Of a stretch of 48,360 bases of DNA, positions 1-9,907 are shown in pieces. The DNA comes from a virus (Duplodnaviria > Caudoviricetes). The position numbers and the translations under genes are program-made. The notes beneath the pieces are model-generated. The model made no database searches, was not told the DNA's origin, and saw nothing but the letters and a program-made list of their open reading frames with translations. The stretch spans positions 1 through 48,360 of IMG/VR virus record IMGVR_UViG_3300037851_000323. The stretch is one strand, 5' to 3'. Numbering within the stretch: position 1 is the stretch's first letter; every line of letters starts with the position of its first letter.

Positions 1-269
1 TGACTCTTATTCTCTTCGCGGGTAAGTGTGATACTCAGTGTGAGCAGTGTAAAAAGGGAGAACTCCCGAAGAATCTTTGTGATGCTTTAATTGCTGCGGG
101 TCAATGTCCGACTCCAGAACCTACTCCAGAACCTACTCCTGAACCTACTCCTGAGCCTACTCCTATACCTTTACCAACCCCAACTCCTGTCCCAATTCCT
201 ACTCCGGGAACCCTTTATCCCTCCTGTCCGAAAGACCCAGCAGAGGGGGCACAGATTTATATAAACAAT
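1..269. repeat. Terminal redundancy / circular overlap, left copy (matches 48068-48360)
   Basis: tgactcttattctc...tatataaacaat occurs at both ends. The left copy has 4 PEPT-coding 12-mers and the right copy has 6. Confidence 0.95.
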
Positions 270-710
270 AAATGCTTTGCCTCTAATACAGATGGTAATT
301 GTAGAAGTTATGACTCTACTCCGCGCATCCGGGGAGATAAGGACTTTTGTTTTGCAATTCATGGAGTTCTCACGAATGACTGTCACCTTGAGGGTTGGGC
401 AAAGAGAGCTGAATGCGAAAGAGAGTTAATGGGTGGTTGTCCTGTTTGGGAGGGAGTTTGTTATTCTTCTACCCCTAATGAATATGAATGCCCAATAACA
501 TTTGATCATCTTGGTTCTCCATGTGAAGGTTGCCGTGATAATCCCGATACACCAGAATATGAAGGGAAGCCTTCTTGGTGTGGCTTACAGAAGGATTCGG
601 TTGGCAATTATATTGCTGGCTATTTTGCTGTGGCTCATGGTCGTGGAAAGATTAGAGCCTGCATTCCATCTAATGATGTGTGTGGACCTTGGCTCGATGT
701 AAATTACTAA
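3..710 (+). CDS. 3' part of a Cys-rich secreted protein or lipoprotein with a PEPT linker (starts at ATG 48043 and crosses the circular junction)
   Basis: The frame is open from 3 to TAA 710 and includes track ORF 429-710. Translation: ...AGKCDTQCEQC...PTPEPTPEPT...YDSTPRIRGDKDFC...CGPWLDVNY. Confidence 0.85.
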   Translation, partial: TLILFAGKCDTQCEQCKKGELPKNLCDALIAAGQCPTPEPTPEPTPEPTPEPTPIPLPTPTPVPIPTPGTLYPSCPKDPAEGAQIYINNKCFASNTDGNCRSYDSTPRIRGDKDFCFAIHGVLTNDCHLEGWAKRAECERELMGGCPVWEGVCYSSTPNEYECPITFDHLGSPCEGCRDNPDTPEYEGKPSWCGLQKDSVGNYIAGYFAVAHGRGKIRACIPSNDVCGPWLDVNY

Positions 711-728
711 AACTTAATGGGATAGATA

Positions 729-1949
729 ATGTTAGATTTTTCTAGGGTTATATGGTCCAGTGAAGAAACGAAATCTCTCTGGAAGCCTAGAGTAGATAGG
801 GTAAATAAAGCTATACAGCAACTAGAATTAACCGCTGTCTATAAGAATATGAGAAGGGCTGCACTCCAATTTGATTATTGGCCTAATAATCCCATGGGCT
901 TTGTCACTATAGGAGTAGGTACTTCGGCCAAGTGGAAAGGAATCTATTCAGCTAGGGGAGAAGATCCCAAAGTTGGTGAAGCCTTTAGTGTTAGAACGGT
1001 TACTACTCGGCTTGATCTTATTCCAGATTTTATGAGAGCTTGGACTAAGAGAGATGATGATACAATAGGGATATTCTTAGGTTATCCTCCTTGCTGCATT
1101 CATTTCTTTGGTGAAACTTGGAATAAGGGATTAATTGATCCTACTGAGCAGATGGCTGGAGGAGATACCTTATCCATTAGTCCATATCTTAATCCTCTTC
1201 TTCGCTGGTTGGGAGTACGTCCGATCTTTCATATGCCTTGTTCATTCAAATGTAATAGTTCTATTACTTTAGGCAAGAAATATATGGATTTACTTCCAGA
1301 TCCAGAGAAATCATGGGCTCTTGATCTTTTATCCCTCCCTATTAAATACGACACTCTTAATGGTATTGGAGAGATTACTACTCCCCTATTCAAATTAGCC
1401 TTTGCTTCACAGGGTAAGAGAAAATTCGAGTTTTCCGGCTACATCGTTGATGGGGCAGTAGGTGGTAGGGAATTTCCATATACAGAGGACTTCTGGACTC
1501 TTAATGGTTTCAAGGGGCCAGAGTCTTTAGTTTGTGCTCATGAGTCTATATTAGAACTAATACCAAAAGATGAGGGTTTTGTTATTGACTTTGGTTGTGG
1601 TAATGGGATGCTTCTATCTATGATAGATTGTGAGTATCGAACTGGTATTGATATCAATATAAAAGCTATCAAGCAGGGCAGGAAATTCTTTCCTAATATC
1701 AATTTTATTTATGGGAATATAAATGAGATAAATATCCCACAGCATGATCTTTCTATTATCTCTATAGAAAGATTTGTGGAGTCTCCCAATCCCGTGATGC
1801 TAAAGGATAAGTTAACAAAAGATGTAATCGTCTATTCCTACTCCGATGGAGAGGATCAGTATGAGGAGAGATTTAATAAATACTTTAGTGATTGGGTTAA
1901 GATAAAGCATGAAGCATATGCCGACTACATTAGGAGACCCAATGGCTAA
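729..1949 (+). CDS. DUF483-like Cys/His domain fused to a class I SAM-dependent methyltransferase
   Basis: LGYPPCC and HMPCSFKC motifs in the N-terminal part. The C-terminal part has VIDFGCGNG (SAM motif I) followed by GIDIN. Confidence 0.65.
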   Translation: MLDFSRVIWSSEETKSLWKPRVDRVNKAIQQLELTAVYKNMRRAALQFDYWPNNPMGFVTIGVGTSAKWKGIYSARGEDPKVGEAFSVRTVTTRLDLIPDFMRAWTKRDDDTIGIFLGYPPCCIHFFGETWNKGLIDPTEQMAGGDTLSISPYLNPLLRWLGVRPIFHMPCSFKCNSSITLGKKYMDLLPDPEKSWALDLLSLPIKYDTLNGIGEITTPLFKLAFASQGKRKFEFSGYIVDGAVGGREFPYTEDFWTLNGFKGPESLVCAHESILELIPKDEGFVIDFGCGNGMLLSMIDCEYRTGIDINIKAIKQGRKFFPNINFIYGNINEINIPQHDLSIISIERFVESPNPVMLKDKLTKDVIVYSYSDGEDQYEERFNKYFSDWVKIKHEAYADYIRRPNG

Positions 1950-2268
1950 ATGGTTTAATGATACTGAAATTGAAGGACTCAGTCCTGAACTTGTCGAGAT
2001 GTTAGATGAGGCACGAGAGGGAGCCAATACTCCCTTTGTTATTACAGCAGGTTATGCCAAGAGTCGGGGAAAACACATCGAACACTCGGCCCACCTTAGA
2101 GGGCTCGCCGTCGATATCAGGTGCTGGGACTCTTGGTCACGTTTTAGAATAGTATGCGCTCTCTTGGAAGCTGGCTTTACTCGTATTGGAATATACGATA
2201 AGCATATCCATGCTGACATTGATACTGAATTACCTGAAAGAGTTATTTGGGTAGGAACATCTAAGTAA
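1942..2268 (+). CDS. Peptidase M15 (Zn DD-peptidase fold) endolysin
   Basis: SAHLRGLAVD and HIHAD Zn-ligand motifs. AGGAG RBS precedes ATG 1942. Confidence 0.85.
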   Translation: MAKWFNDTEIEGLSPELVEMLDEAREGANTPFVITAGYAKSRGKHIEHSAHLRGLAVDIRCWDSWSRFRIVCALLEAGFTRIGIYDKHIHADIDTELPERVIWVGTSK

Positions 2269-2277
2269 GGATACAAC

Positions 2278-3261
2278 ATGGCTAGTTCACGTTTCGAACC
2301 ATATCAGAATCAAAGGTATGAGAGTAATCTTACTCCAATTCAGGACAAAAGTTATTCTCAACAGAGAACACAATTGATGATGCATGGGGATATAGACCCC
2401 AGTGTACGGAGAATGTATGGCCCCTATAACACTGCATACAGTAATCTATATGGGACATATGGACAAGATGCTAACAGATATGGAACTAGAGGGCAGGAGA
2501 GAGAGGATTTTCTCGGTGGTGCTTTAGGAGATATATGGGCTGGGATTAACGCTGGAGCCTATTCTCCTGGACATGCATCTTATGATGCTGGTAGACTTCC
2601 CGAATTTCAAAAATGGTGGGAATCTCTCCGAGGCGGTCAAGGCACCACGGCATTGAAAGACTCTGCCGGAAATGATCTCCGTGCTTATACCGATATAGCA
2701 AACCTCGGTCTTATGAGTGATGCTGAGAAGTATGCTATGAGGGAGCGGCCCGCATCTCAGGCGCGCTCCTCTACTAGTGCCCTCTTGGAGCAGATGAGAA
2801 ATAATAGTGGTTGGGGATCTAACCCTATGGCTGTCCTAGCCGCTCAAAAAGGTCTACAAGATAGTCTTAGATCGGGTAACCTTGCAGCTAATGAAGCTAT
2901 TGCTAAACAGCTTACCGAAGAGAAGAAATGGGGTTACGGACAGATGGAGGGTGCTCAGGGTCAGGTTCAGGGTCTTGAGCAGGAGATGGTTGCTGGTCGT
3001 AATGCTGCCAATGCTGCTAATGCCAACCGTGGTGCAGCTGACCTTGCCATGAAGATGGGATTCCTTAATCAGTATGGTGACCTGATGGGTAATTCTATGG
3101 ATTGGGAGAGAATGCGTCAGGGGGCTCTTGGTGGTTCTGGCTCTGCTATTGGTGGTGGTGTTGATGTTACTAGTAAGATGGTTGAACAAGGCAAGTCCAA
3201 ACCCTTTATGGATTACTTTATGAGTCTGGGTAGTATGGGTAGCTCAATGGGTGGAAGGTAA
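2278..3261 (+). CDS. Putative internal virion / DNA ejection protein
   Basis: 327 aa, rich in Gly/Ala/Gln/Met with helical character, located in the late arm after the tail genes. Confidence 0.5.
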   Translation: MASSRFEPYQNQRYESNLTPIQDKSYSQQRTQLMMHGDIDPSVRRMYGPYNTAYSNLYGTYGQDANRYGTRGQEREDFLGGALGDIWAGINAGAYSPGHASYDAGRLPEFQKWWESLRGGQGTTALKDSAGNDLRAYTDIANLGLMSDAEKYAMRERPASQARSSTSALLEQMRNNSGWGSNPMAVLAAQKGLQDSLRSGNLAANEAIAKQLTEEKKWGYGQMEGAQGQVQGLEQEMVAGRNAANAANANRGAADLAMKMGFLNQYGDLMGNSMDWERMRQGALGGSGSAIGGGVDVTSKMVEQGKSKPFMDYFMSLGSMGSSMGGR

Positions 3262-3266
3262 TAATT

Positions 3267-4262
3267 ATGTCTAGATTTTTCTTCCCCTATAATAAGTATG
3301 ATGAAAAAGATCCCGAAACTGAGAAAGAACGGATCTATCGTGAGATGGAAGAGATTGCTGCCAAACAGCAAAAAGTACAGAATGAAACCATTGAAGCTAG
3401 TGAAATTGAACCTGTACGATCTAATTCTGACCTAGTAGAGAATCGTGCAAAGTTAGCAGACATCGATCCTGTTGAGGCCAGATTAGATGAATGGGCTTCT
3501 CGTATGCCAGTTAGAAATGCTTATGATAAGCCAAGTGGTGGTCGTAAATTTATGACTTTTCTCAATACTCTAGGAATGCCTGCTGATAGGATGCAGGAAA
3601 CTGAAGATAGAATGAATTATAAGGAATTCTATCAAGATTTAGCTGATTGGGAAAGAGAAGGCAAAGCTCTTGGTGAAGTAGCTGATCTTCAAAAGTATAG
3701 CATTGCCCGTGATCGTATTGATGCGACAAATGAAAGAACCAGAGCTACTCGTGATATAGCAGGAATCAGAGATACTACTGCTAACCGAGGTCTGGACATA
3801 CGTAATAAAGAAAGAGAGGATCGAACTAACTTAGCTCTGAAGAGATTTGATCTGGATTTAGCTAGGTCTAAGTCCTTGGATGAGGCTAGAATAGCTGAAA
3901 GAAAATATAAGGAAGCTATGATCGGTCTTGGTTATTCTCGTCTCGAAATTTCTAAACTAGGTCAAGCCTCAGCTGCAAATTATCGAGATCGTATGGCTAG
4001 TGTTGCTGAAGGAAAGATTAAAACCGGACCTACTGAAGCCTCGCAGAAAACTGGACGTGAAAATGCCTTTAATGAATTTGCAGATGCCAACCCTGAATGG
4101 GCAGCTGAATTTATTGAAGAAGGTTCATATAACTTTAAACCCTTTGAAGATCCTTGGTTTGAAGATGAGGATGAGGCTAGAAAAAGATGGACAAAAGCTA
4201 GAGAGATGTGGTACCGGTTGCTTAGGAAGCATGGTATTAATCCTGTAGATACAGAGGAATAG
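3267..4262 (+). CDS. Putative internal virion / ejection protein (coiled coil)
   Basis: 331 aa charged helical protein, adjacent to the previous gene. Confidence 0.45.
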   Translation: MSRFFFPYNKYDEKDPETEKERIYREMEEIAAKQQKVQNETIEASEIEPVRSNSDLVENRAKLADIDPVEARLDEWASRMPVRNAYDKPSGGRKFMTFLNTLGMPADRMQETEDRMNYKEFYQDLADWEREGKALGEVADLQKYSIARDRIDATNERTRATRDIAGIRDTTANRGLDIRNKEREDRTNLALKRFDLDLARSKSLDEARIAERKYKEAMIGLGYSRLEISKLGQASAANYRDRMASVAEGKIKTGPTEASQKTGRENAFNEFADANPEWAAEFIEEGSYNFKPFEDPWFEDEDEARKRWTKAREMWYRLLRKHGINPVDTEE

Positions 4263-4264
4263 GA

Positions 4265-4492
4265 ATGAAACCTCTAGAAGAATACGTAAGAACTAAATTG
4301 AAGAAAAACAATAACTGCTGGGTTTGTAACCTTCCTCAACGTGATGAAATCAACAATGGTATAAGAGCAGGTTTACGAGCCGCTCCAATAAGGGAGTGGT
4401 TAATAAATGAAATAGGTGTTGATCCGCAGATTTGTACCATTCGAAAGATTAGTTATCATATAGGGAATTCACACCATGAAAAGTCTTCTTGA
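4265..4492 (+). CDS. Small putative Zn-binding / HTH protein
   Basis: CWVC near the N-terminus and C-terminal H-x4-HH. Overlaps the start of the phosphoesterase gene. Confidence 0.55.
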   Translation: MKPLEEYVRTKLKKNNNCWVCNLPQRDEINNGIRAGLRAAPIREWLINEIGVDPQICTIRKISYHIGNSHHEKSS

Positions 4493-5309
4493 TTTCTCAT
4501 TAAGTAACCCTTCGCAGCCCGGAAAATTTAATATCATCCAAATGCAAGATCGTGGGGATGGTTGGACAGTGATGGGCTTCGTTGCTGATACACACTTATG
4601 CTCAAAACATTGTAGACTAGATGTTCTTAACAGTCTATATGATATATTTAAAGCTGAGGGTGTAAAGGATGTTTATCATGGTGGTAATTGGATTGAGGGA
4701 GAGTCAAGGATGAATCGTTATGATATCTCAGTTTTTGGGATGGATAACCAGCTTGATTTTATGATTGACAACTACCCTTCTCGAGATGGTATTATTACCC
4801 ATTATGTCGCGGGTGATGATCATGAGGGTTGGTATCAGCAAAGGGAGTCCATCCATATTGGTGCATATCTTGAAATGAGAGCTAAAAAATCAGGGCGGAA
4901 TGATCTCCATTATTTAGGATATCTTGAAGCCGACGTTGCTCTCAAAGCTCCCGGTACTTGGGCAGCCGTCCCAATGAAGATAATGCATGGAGGTGGTGGA
5001 GCCACATATGCATATAGTTATGTCCTACAAAAAGTTGTTGAAGCCTTTCAGGGAGGTGAGAAACCCTCTATCCTCTGTGTAGGACACCACCATAAATTTG
5101 ACTATAACTATACTCGTGAAGTGCATGCCTTTATGCCTGGATGCACGGAGGATCAAAGTATCTTTATGAGAAAGAGAAAGATTGCGGCTCACGTTGGTGG
5201 TTGTATAGCCTGGGTTCAGCAAGATAAACGTGACGGTCATATTACGCGCTTCCGAATTGAGTGGATACCGTTTTATGACAAGGCATTCTATGAAACCCGG
5301 TTTGATTAA
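4476..5309 (+). CDS. Calcineurin-like metallophosphoesterase
   Basis: DTH, GNWIEG, GDDHE, MH and GHHH metal-ligand motifs in the canonical order. Confidence 0.85.
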   Translation: MKSLLDFSLSNPSQPGKFNIIQMQDRGDGWTVMGFVADTHLCSKHCRLDVLNSLYDIFKAEGVKDVYHGGNWIEGESRMNRYDISVFGMDNQLDFMIDNYPSRDGIITHYVAGDDHEGWYQQRESIHIGAYLEMRAKKSGRNDLHYLGYLEADVALKAPGTWAAVPMKIMHGGGGATYAYSYVLQKVVEAFQGGEKPSILCVGHHHKFDYNYTREVHAFMPGCTEDQSIFMRKRKIAAHVGGCIAWVQQDKRDGHITRFRIEWIPFYDKAFYETRFD

Positions 5310-5589
5310 ACCAGCCGTTAAAATACTTTTTGCGGCCCTTGGAAATGAATTGCCTAAGAGCCGCGTTAAGGGTATGGCTCAGGGAAGAACTATTTGGATT
5401 GATCCTAGACATCCTTGGTTAGCACACACTCTTCTCCATGAATTATTACATCTTAAGCATACTAATTGGTCTGAGACAAAGATTCGGGAGATGACAACGA
5501 AATTATGGAAGAGGGCTACTTGGAAGCAGAAAGCCTCTCTCCTTAAGGTACTAGCTACAGCAGAGATTGAGGAAAAAGAAAATGGCTAG
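5290..5589 (+). CDS. Small HExxH zincin-like metallopeptidase domain protein
   Basis: IWIDP...HTLLHELLH...E motif. ATG 5290 is more likely than the track start at 5230. Confidence 0.6.
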   Translation: MKPGLIKPAVKILFAALGNELPKSRVKGMAQGRTIWIDPRHPWLAHTLLHELLHLKHTNWSETKIREMTTKLWKRATWKQKASLLKVLATAEIEEKENG

Positions 5590-8500
5590 CGTTCCTCCAT
5601 ATAGTGGGCGTTATAAAAGATTAGTTGATGGCCAGATTGTAGAGTTAGATCCTAATGAAGTTTTAGCATTAGGGCCAGCGGCTACTGAGGCCGATATAGA
5701 TGACTTGGCCAGACGTAAAGCTGAAGCTTTCCGTGAGCCTGCATTTGGAGAGGTGCGTGCTCCTGAAATAAGCTTTGAGGCTGAACGTCCTCAAATATCA
5801 GTTGATCCTCGAGGACGTTCAGCTGAACTTCCTCAAATATCACAAGCTGGACCTGAGACTTTCAAATATGATCCAGAAATGGGTCCAAAGACACTTGAAG
5901 ATGTTCAAAGAGAAGAACTTGCTAGAAAAGCTCAAGCGGCTATAGATGCAGAAAATTTCTGGAAAAATGAAGTTCCAGAAAAGGGAATCTTAGCAGCACA
6001 TATACCAGGGGCGAATCCTGAAGTTCCTACACTACTAGATGCTTTTGCTGGTTTAATTATGCCATTAGAAAGGGGGTCTGCAAGCAAGACTATGGCCGAG
6101 AATGTAAGGAAGGATTTTGTATCCGAGCTTCAAAAAAGGATAACAAGCCAGGATCCAAGACAGGATCCAAGATCCCTTCCTGATATGCCAGTATATGGAC
6201 CGTTTAATATTGATCCAGTAAAAGATATTGAACCGGTAAAAGATATACAAGCCGAAACTGAAGCTATGGCAAGAGCTACCTCCGGTCAAGCCACTGATGC
6301 GGAACTTGCTGCTTTAAGAAGTGAATCATTTGGTCCATTCAATGTTCCTGCTGATACCTCTGGACCAGTCGGAGTTTCCCTAAAGTCTGGTTATACACCA
6401 ACCCCCACTTCTAATGTATTAGATTCTTTGAAAAAGGTACATGGAAGCGTAGCGAAACGTATTCAAGAATTAACAGGTAGAACTGAACCCGGAGAGTTAG
6501 ATTTAATATATAATCCTAAGCGACCACTAGGTGAATATCGAGGTCTTAGAACTTTAGGAATAGGCCGAAAAAGAGGTTCAGATACAGCTGCCATTAATAT
6601 TGAGGCCAATGCCTCTATTACAAAGGATCCAGAAACTTTTGCTAGGATTGTATTTAGAAATTTCTTAGAGGAAATAACTCATGGTACTGGTCTGCATGAG
6701 CTTCCAAAGGAAGGAAATACAATACCAGCAAATAGAAACCTATCGGGTGTAGATATTGAACTTCCCCCAGAAGCTAATATTCATAATGCTGCAGGGGATA
6801 CTCTGAGAATGAATCTTCCAACACAGGAGGGAAGGCTTTACAATGATCTTTATATGTATATGCATGATCCTGTAATATTAGCAGCTCAGGATAAATTTAT
6901 TAATGATATAAAGAAATCGGGTGTTTTTGAAAGCCTAAAATCTATAATTGAGGATTCAACTCTTCCTCCAGAAGCCATAGATGATTATATTAGGTTCCAT
7001 ATTGGCGAAGCTACTCCTGGGTTAGATCCCAAATTAGTTAAAAAAGCAGCAAGGGAAGCAGATATTGATATTGATTTAACTCCTTTAAAGCAACCCCTTC
7101 AGTTAAATAGTCTTGATGACTCCATAAAAGGTACAGCTCCTTCCGCTCCAACAGAGGCACCTCCTCCTGATGCCACGGTTACATTTAGAGATTTCGCAGA
7201 AGCTCGAAAGTTAGTTGATCCTAAAATATCAGGAAAGGACTTGTTAAAGCAATGGAAAGAATTTAGGGACAAGCAAGAAAAATCTACTGAGGCCACCAAG
7301 GTTAAGACAAAGCCTCCACAGTTAGGCTCCCTATCTTGGTTCGATCGTGTTGCTAGGCCAGTTGTCCATAATTGGGGAAAGGTTAAACCTGAACTTGGTC
7401 AAACCGCTAGAGCTTTCATAGATAGAAAAGAAAGACTTACAGGGGACTTAATTTCTGAATATGATAAAATTGTTACTGGGTTGAATTCTGAACAGAAAAA
7501 TCAGATTCGTCAATGGCTTGAGAACCAGTATCAGGGACCACTTACAAAGGAACTAGAAGGTCCAGCAAATCGTATTAAGTTATTAAATAAAGTTGCTTTT
7601 GATTTAGCTGAGGGAGCGGATGTATTAAAAAAGGAAAGGACATACTATTTTCCACACAGGTTTGCTGTCGGTAAAGGACCAAAGCCTGAGATTGTTATTA
7701 GATCTACAAGCAAAGGAATAGCCATTACTGAGTCCTCCTTTGAAAAGAAAAGAAGGTCTAATAGAAAGGACTATATTAAAGACTTAGATGTTCTTAAAGA
7801 GTATTACTATGATGTAGCAAAACGAGTTGCTATTGCTGAGGCTTTTGGTGTTAGAGGTCAAAAGATTGCCGCGGCACTAAAAGGAGCTAAAACTAATAAA
7901 GAAACTTTTAACTATTTAGCAGAGTCCTTTAAAGCCTTGACAGAGCATTCATCCCGTCGCTCTCCTTATGCTATTCGACAGGCTATGAAGGTTATCTCTT
8001 GGCTCCAGCTTCCATTTGCCGCACCATTACAAGCTGGCCAGATAACAAATACAGCGGCTTATGGTGGTGTAGGTAGGTCTGCTGAGGCTCTTTGGCAACT
8101 AGCAAAAAAGGCTAATAGACAGGAAAAGTTGAAAGAGGCTTTAGCATCAGGAGCCCTCAACCCTGATATTCTCATGGAAATTTCTGGTAGGTCTGGAGAC
8201 GGTCAACCTATACTTGGTAGACTACCTCCAGCTATTCGTAATTCTCTGTGGGGCATCCCGACAGCGGATCGTGCTATGCGTGTTCACGCTTACACTGTAG
8301 GCACATTCCTTGCGAGAGATGCTAGAGCTGGAGAGGCAGAAGCGGTTAAGATGATACAGTCTTTAGGTCTTGATCCCTCAAAAGCTTCACCGGCTGAAGT
8401 AGGACGTGTACTCTCTGACAAGACTCAGTTTAGGACAGGCCCCGGAGAGATTCCTCTATGGGCTTCTAGTCCTTATGGTCGTATGATATTCCAGTATAAG

Positions 8501-9052
8501 AACTTCTTATATCGGTATACAATATTTGCTGGGGGTATGCTTAGGGATGCTAAGCAAGGAAACGCAAAACCCCTGGCTACGTTCATGGCTGCCGCACCCG
8601 TCGTGGGTGAATTAGTAAATGATCTAAGAGCCTTACTTAAAGGTGACTCTTTATCTGATGAAGAGAAACGTAAGAATTGGACAGATGAAGAGTGGCTTAA
8701 AGCCTTTACATCTAGAAGGGTTCCTTGGGACAAACCAGCTGCCCGTCTATTTCAGAACTGGTTAACAACTGGAGGCTTGGGTATTCTCCAACCATATGTT
8801 GAACAAACTTTCTTACGTGATTCTCCTGCAACACTAGGAGAATTAGCTGGTCCAGTACCTTCAGTAGCAGAAAAAGGTTTAAGAGCTGTTGGGACTAGCG
8901 TACATAAGGGCGATGTCACACCTCTCGCCAAGTTTGGGATATCAGAAGGTGTGCCCGGATATGGTAAGAAACTTTCAAGAGAGCTTTTCTCAGAAGATGA
9001 GGGACGTAAATCATCTTCTAGGGGAAGGCGACGTAGATCCAAGCGGAGATAA
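5582..9052 (+). CDS. Large internal virion / ejection protein (polyvalent-protein-like)
   Basis: ~1156 aa. Helical C-terminus with WASSPYGRMIFQYKNF, resembling the C-termini of large podovirus ejection proteins. Degenerate EEITH motif and Arg-rich tail. Confidence 0.55.
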   Translation: MASVPPYSGRYKRLVDGQIVELDPNEVLALGPAATEADIDDLARRKAEAFREPAFGEVRAPEISFEAERPQISVDPRGRSAELPQISQAGPETFKYDPEMGPKTLEDVQREELARKAQAAIDAENFWKNEVPEKGILAAHIPGANPEVPTLLDAFAGLIMPLERGSASKTMAENVRKDFVSELQKRITSQDPRQDPRSLPDMPVYGPFNIDPVKDIEPVKDIQAETEAMARATSGQATDAELAALRSESFGPFNVPADTSGPVGVSLKSGYTPTPTSNVLDSLKKVHGSVAKRIQELTGRTEPGELDLIYNPKRPLGEYRGLRTLGIGRKRGSDTAAINIEANASITKDPETFARIVFRNFLEEITHGTGLHELPKEGNTIPANRNLSGVDIELPPEANIHNAAGDTLRMNLPTQEGRLYNDLYMYMHDPVILAAQDKFINDIKKSGVFESLKSIIEDSTLPPEAIDDYIRFHIGEATPGLDPKLVKKAAREADIDIDLTPLKQPLQLNSLDDSIKGTAPSAPTEAPPPDATVTFRDFAEARKLVDPKISGKDLLKQWKEFRDKQEKSTEATKVKTKPPQLGSLSWFDRVARPVVHNWGKVKPELGQTARAFIDRKERLTGDLISEYDKIVTGLNSEQKNQIRQWLENQYQGPLTKELEGPANRIKLLNKVAFDLAEGADVLKKERTYYFPHRFAVGKGPKPEIVIRSTSKGIAITESSFEKKRRSNRKDYIKDLDVLKEYYYDVAKRVAIAEAFGVRGQKIAAALKGAKTNKETFNYLAESFKALTEHSSRRSPYAIRQAMKVISWLQLPFAAPLQAGQITNTAAYGGVGRSAEALWQLAKKANRQEKLKEALASGALNPDILMEISGRSGDGQPILGRLPPAIRNSLWGIPTADRAMRVHAYTVGTFLARDARAGEAEAVKMIQSLGLDPSKASPAEVGRVLSDKTQFRTGPGEIPLWASSPYGRMIFQYKNFLYRYTIFAGGMLRDAKQGNAKPLATFMAAAPVVGELVNDLRALLKGDSLSDEEKRKNWTDEEWLKAFTSRRVPWDKPAARLFQNWLTTGGLGILQPYVEQTFLRDSPATLGELAGPVPSVAEKGLRAVGTSVHKGDVTPLAKFGISEGVPGYGKKLSRELFSEDEGRKSSSRGRRRRSKRR

Positions 9053-9054
9053 AT

Positions 9055-9561
9055 ATGCCTTACAACTTTGCACCTGTTACTAGAAGAGAGCGTGGGGGAG
9101 GATGGGGGAATAACTACTACCCGAGACAACCTGAATGGGGACCACGTAATTCGAAAGAAAATACCATTCCCAGCCCAGGAGGTTATACCGGTCCAGGAAG
9201 TTTTACCTACTCCAAGAATAGTGGCCCCATTCTTCAATCACGTCCTGGTGGATTTAAGAATAGTGGTCCTATTCCTGAGGGTCAACCACGTCCAGGGGGT
9301 TTTATCCCCCCAAGAAATGATAGGCCGTCGTACTCACCTCCTCCTAGCACTGGGGGTTATGATCCTGCTCCCGGAGGTTTTATTCCTCCAGGAGCTACTT
9401 CGTCTAATAATACACCAGCAGGGGTACCACCTCAAACTATTGCCTCAGTATTTAATCCTAACCTTAATCTCCAACCTATTTCTGGAGGAGGCCCAACCCC
9501 TGACTCTAATCAACAGAAATTAAATCTTGCTGATTTTCTCAGTGGTTGGGGACGAGGATGA
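9055..9561 (+). CDS. Pro/Gly-rich low-complexity protein
   Basis: 168 aa with repeated PGGF/PGGY and two KNSGPI units. Starts 2 nt after the previous stop. Confidence 0.6.
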   Translation: MPYNFAPVTRRERGGGWGNNYYPRQPEWGPRNSKENTIPSPGGYTGPGSFTYSKNSGPILQSRPGGFKNSGPIPEGQPRPGGFIPPRNDRPSYSPPPSTGGYDPAPGGFIPPGATSSNNTPAGVPPQTIASVFNPNLNLQPISGGGPTPDSNQQKLNLADFLSGWGRG

Positions 9562-9665
9562 TAAGAAAGACTGGAAACGGATACACCGTATATTCCGAGT
9601 CTGGAAAGAGAATGTCTAAATCTTTATCTAATAAAGTTGCTAAGAAAAGATTGCAACAAACATAA
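9558..9665 (+). CDS. Small basic hypothetical protein (35 aa)
   Basis: MIRKTGNGYTVYSESGKRMSKSLSNKVAKKRLQQT, with ATGA overlap with the previous gene. Below the ORF-track cutoff. Confidence 0.5.
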   Translation: MIRKTGNGYTVYSESGKRMSKSLSNKVAKKRLQQT

Positions 9666-9679
9666 GAAGGGTTGGGGAA

Positions 9680-9907
9680 ATGAGTGATACAAGTAATATT
9701 AACAATTGGGAAAAATATAAAAAGAAGGCTAAGGAACAACCTTGGAAGCGAAAGCCTGGTATGAGAGAGGCTTGGGAGAATGAAGAGGGGATTACAGAAG
9801 AGGAGCGTAAAAAACGTAAAAAGACTCCTCAGTCCGATGATTATTCTCTTTATACCTGGGATAGAGAAAGAAAGAAGCGAACCGGAAAAGGCTGGGGTGA
9901 GCCTTAA
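9680..9907 (+). CDS. Small charged hypothetical protein, last gene of the plus arm
   Basis: 75 aa ORF whose stop overlaps the convergent gene. Confidence 0.55.
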   Translation: MSDTSNINNWEKYKKKAKEQPWKRKPGMREAWENEEGITEEERKKRKKTPQSDDYSLYTWDRERKKRTGKGWGEP

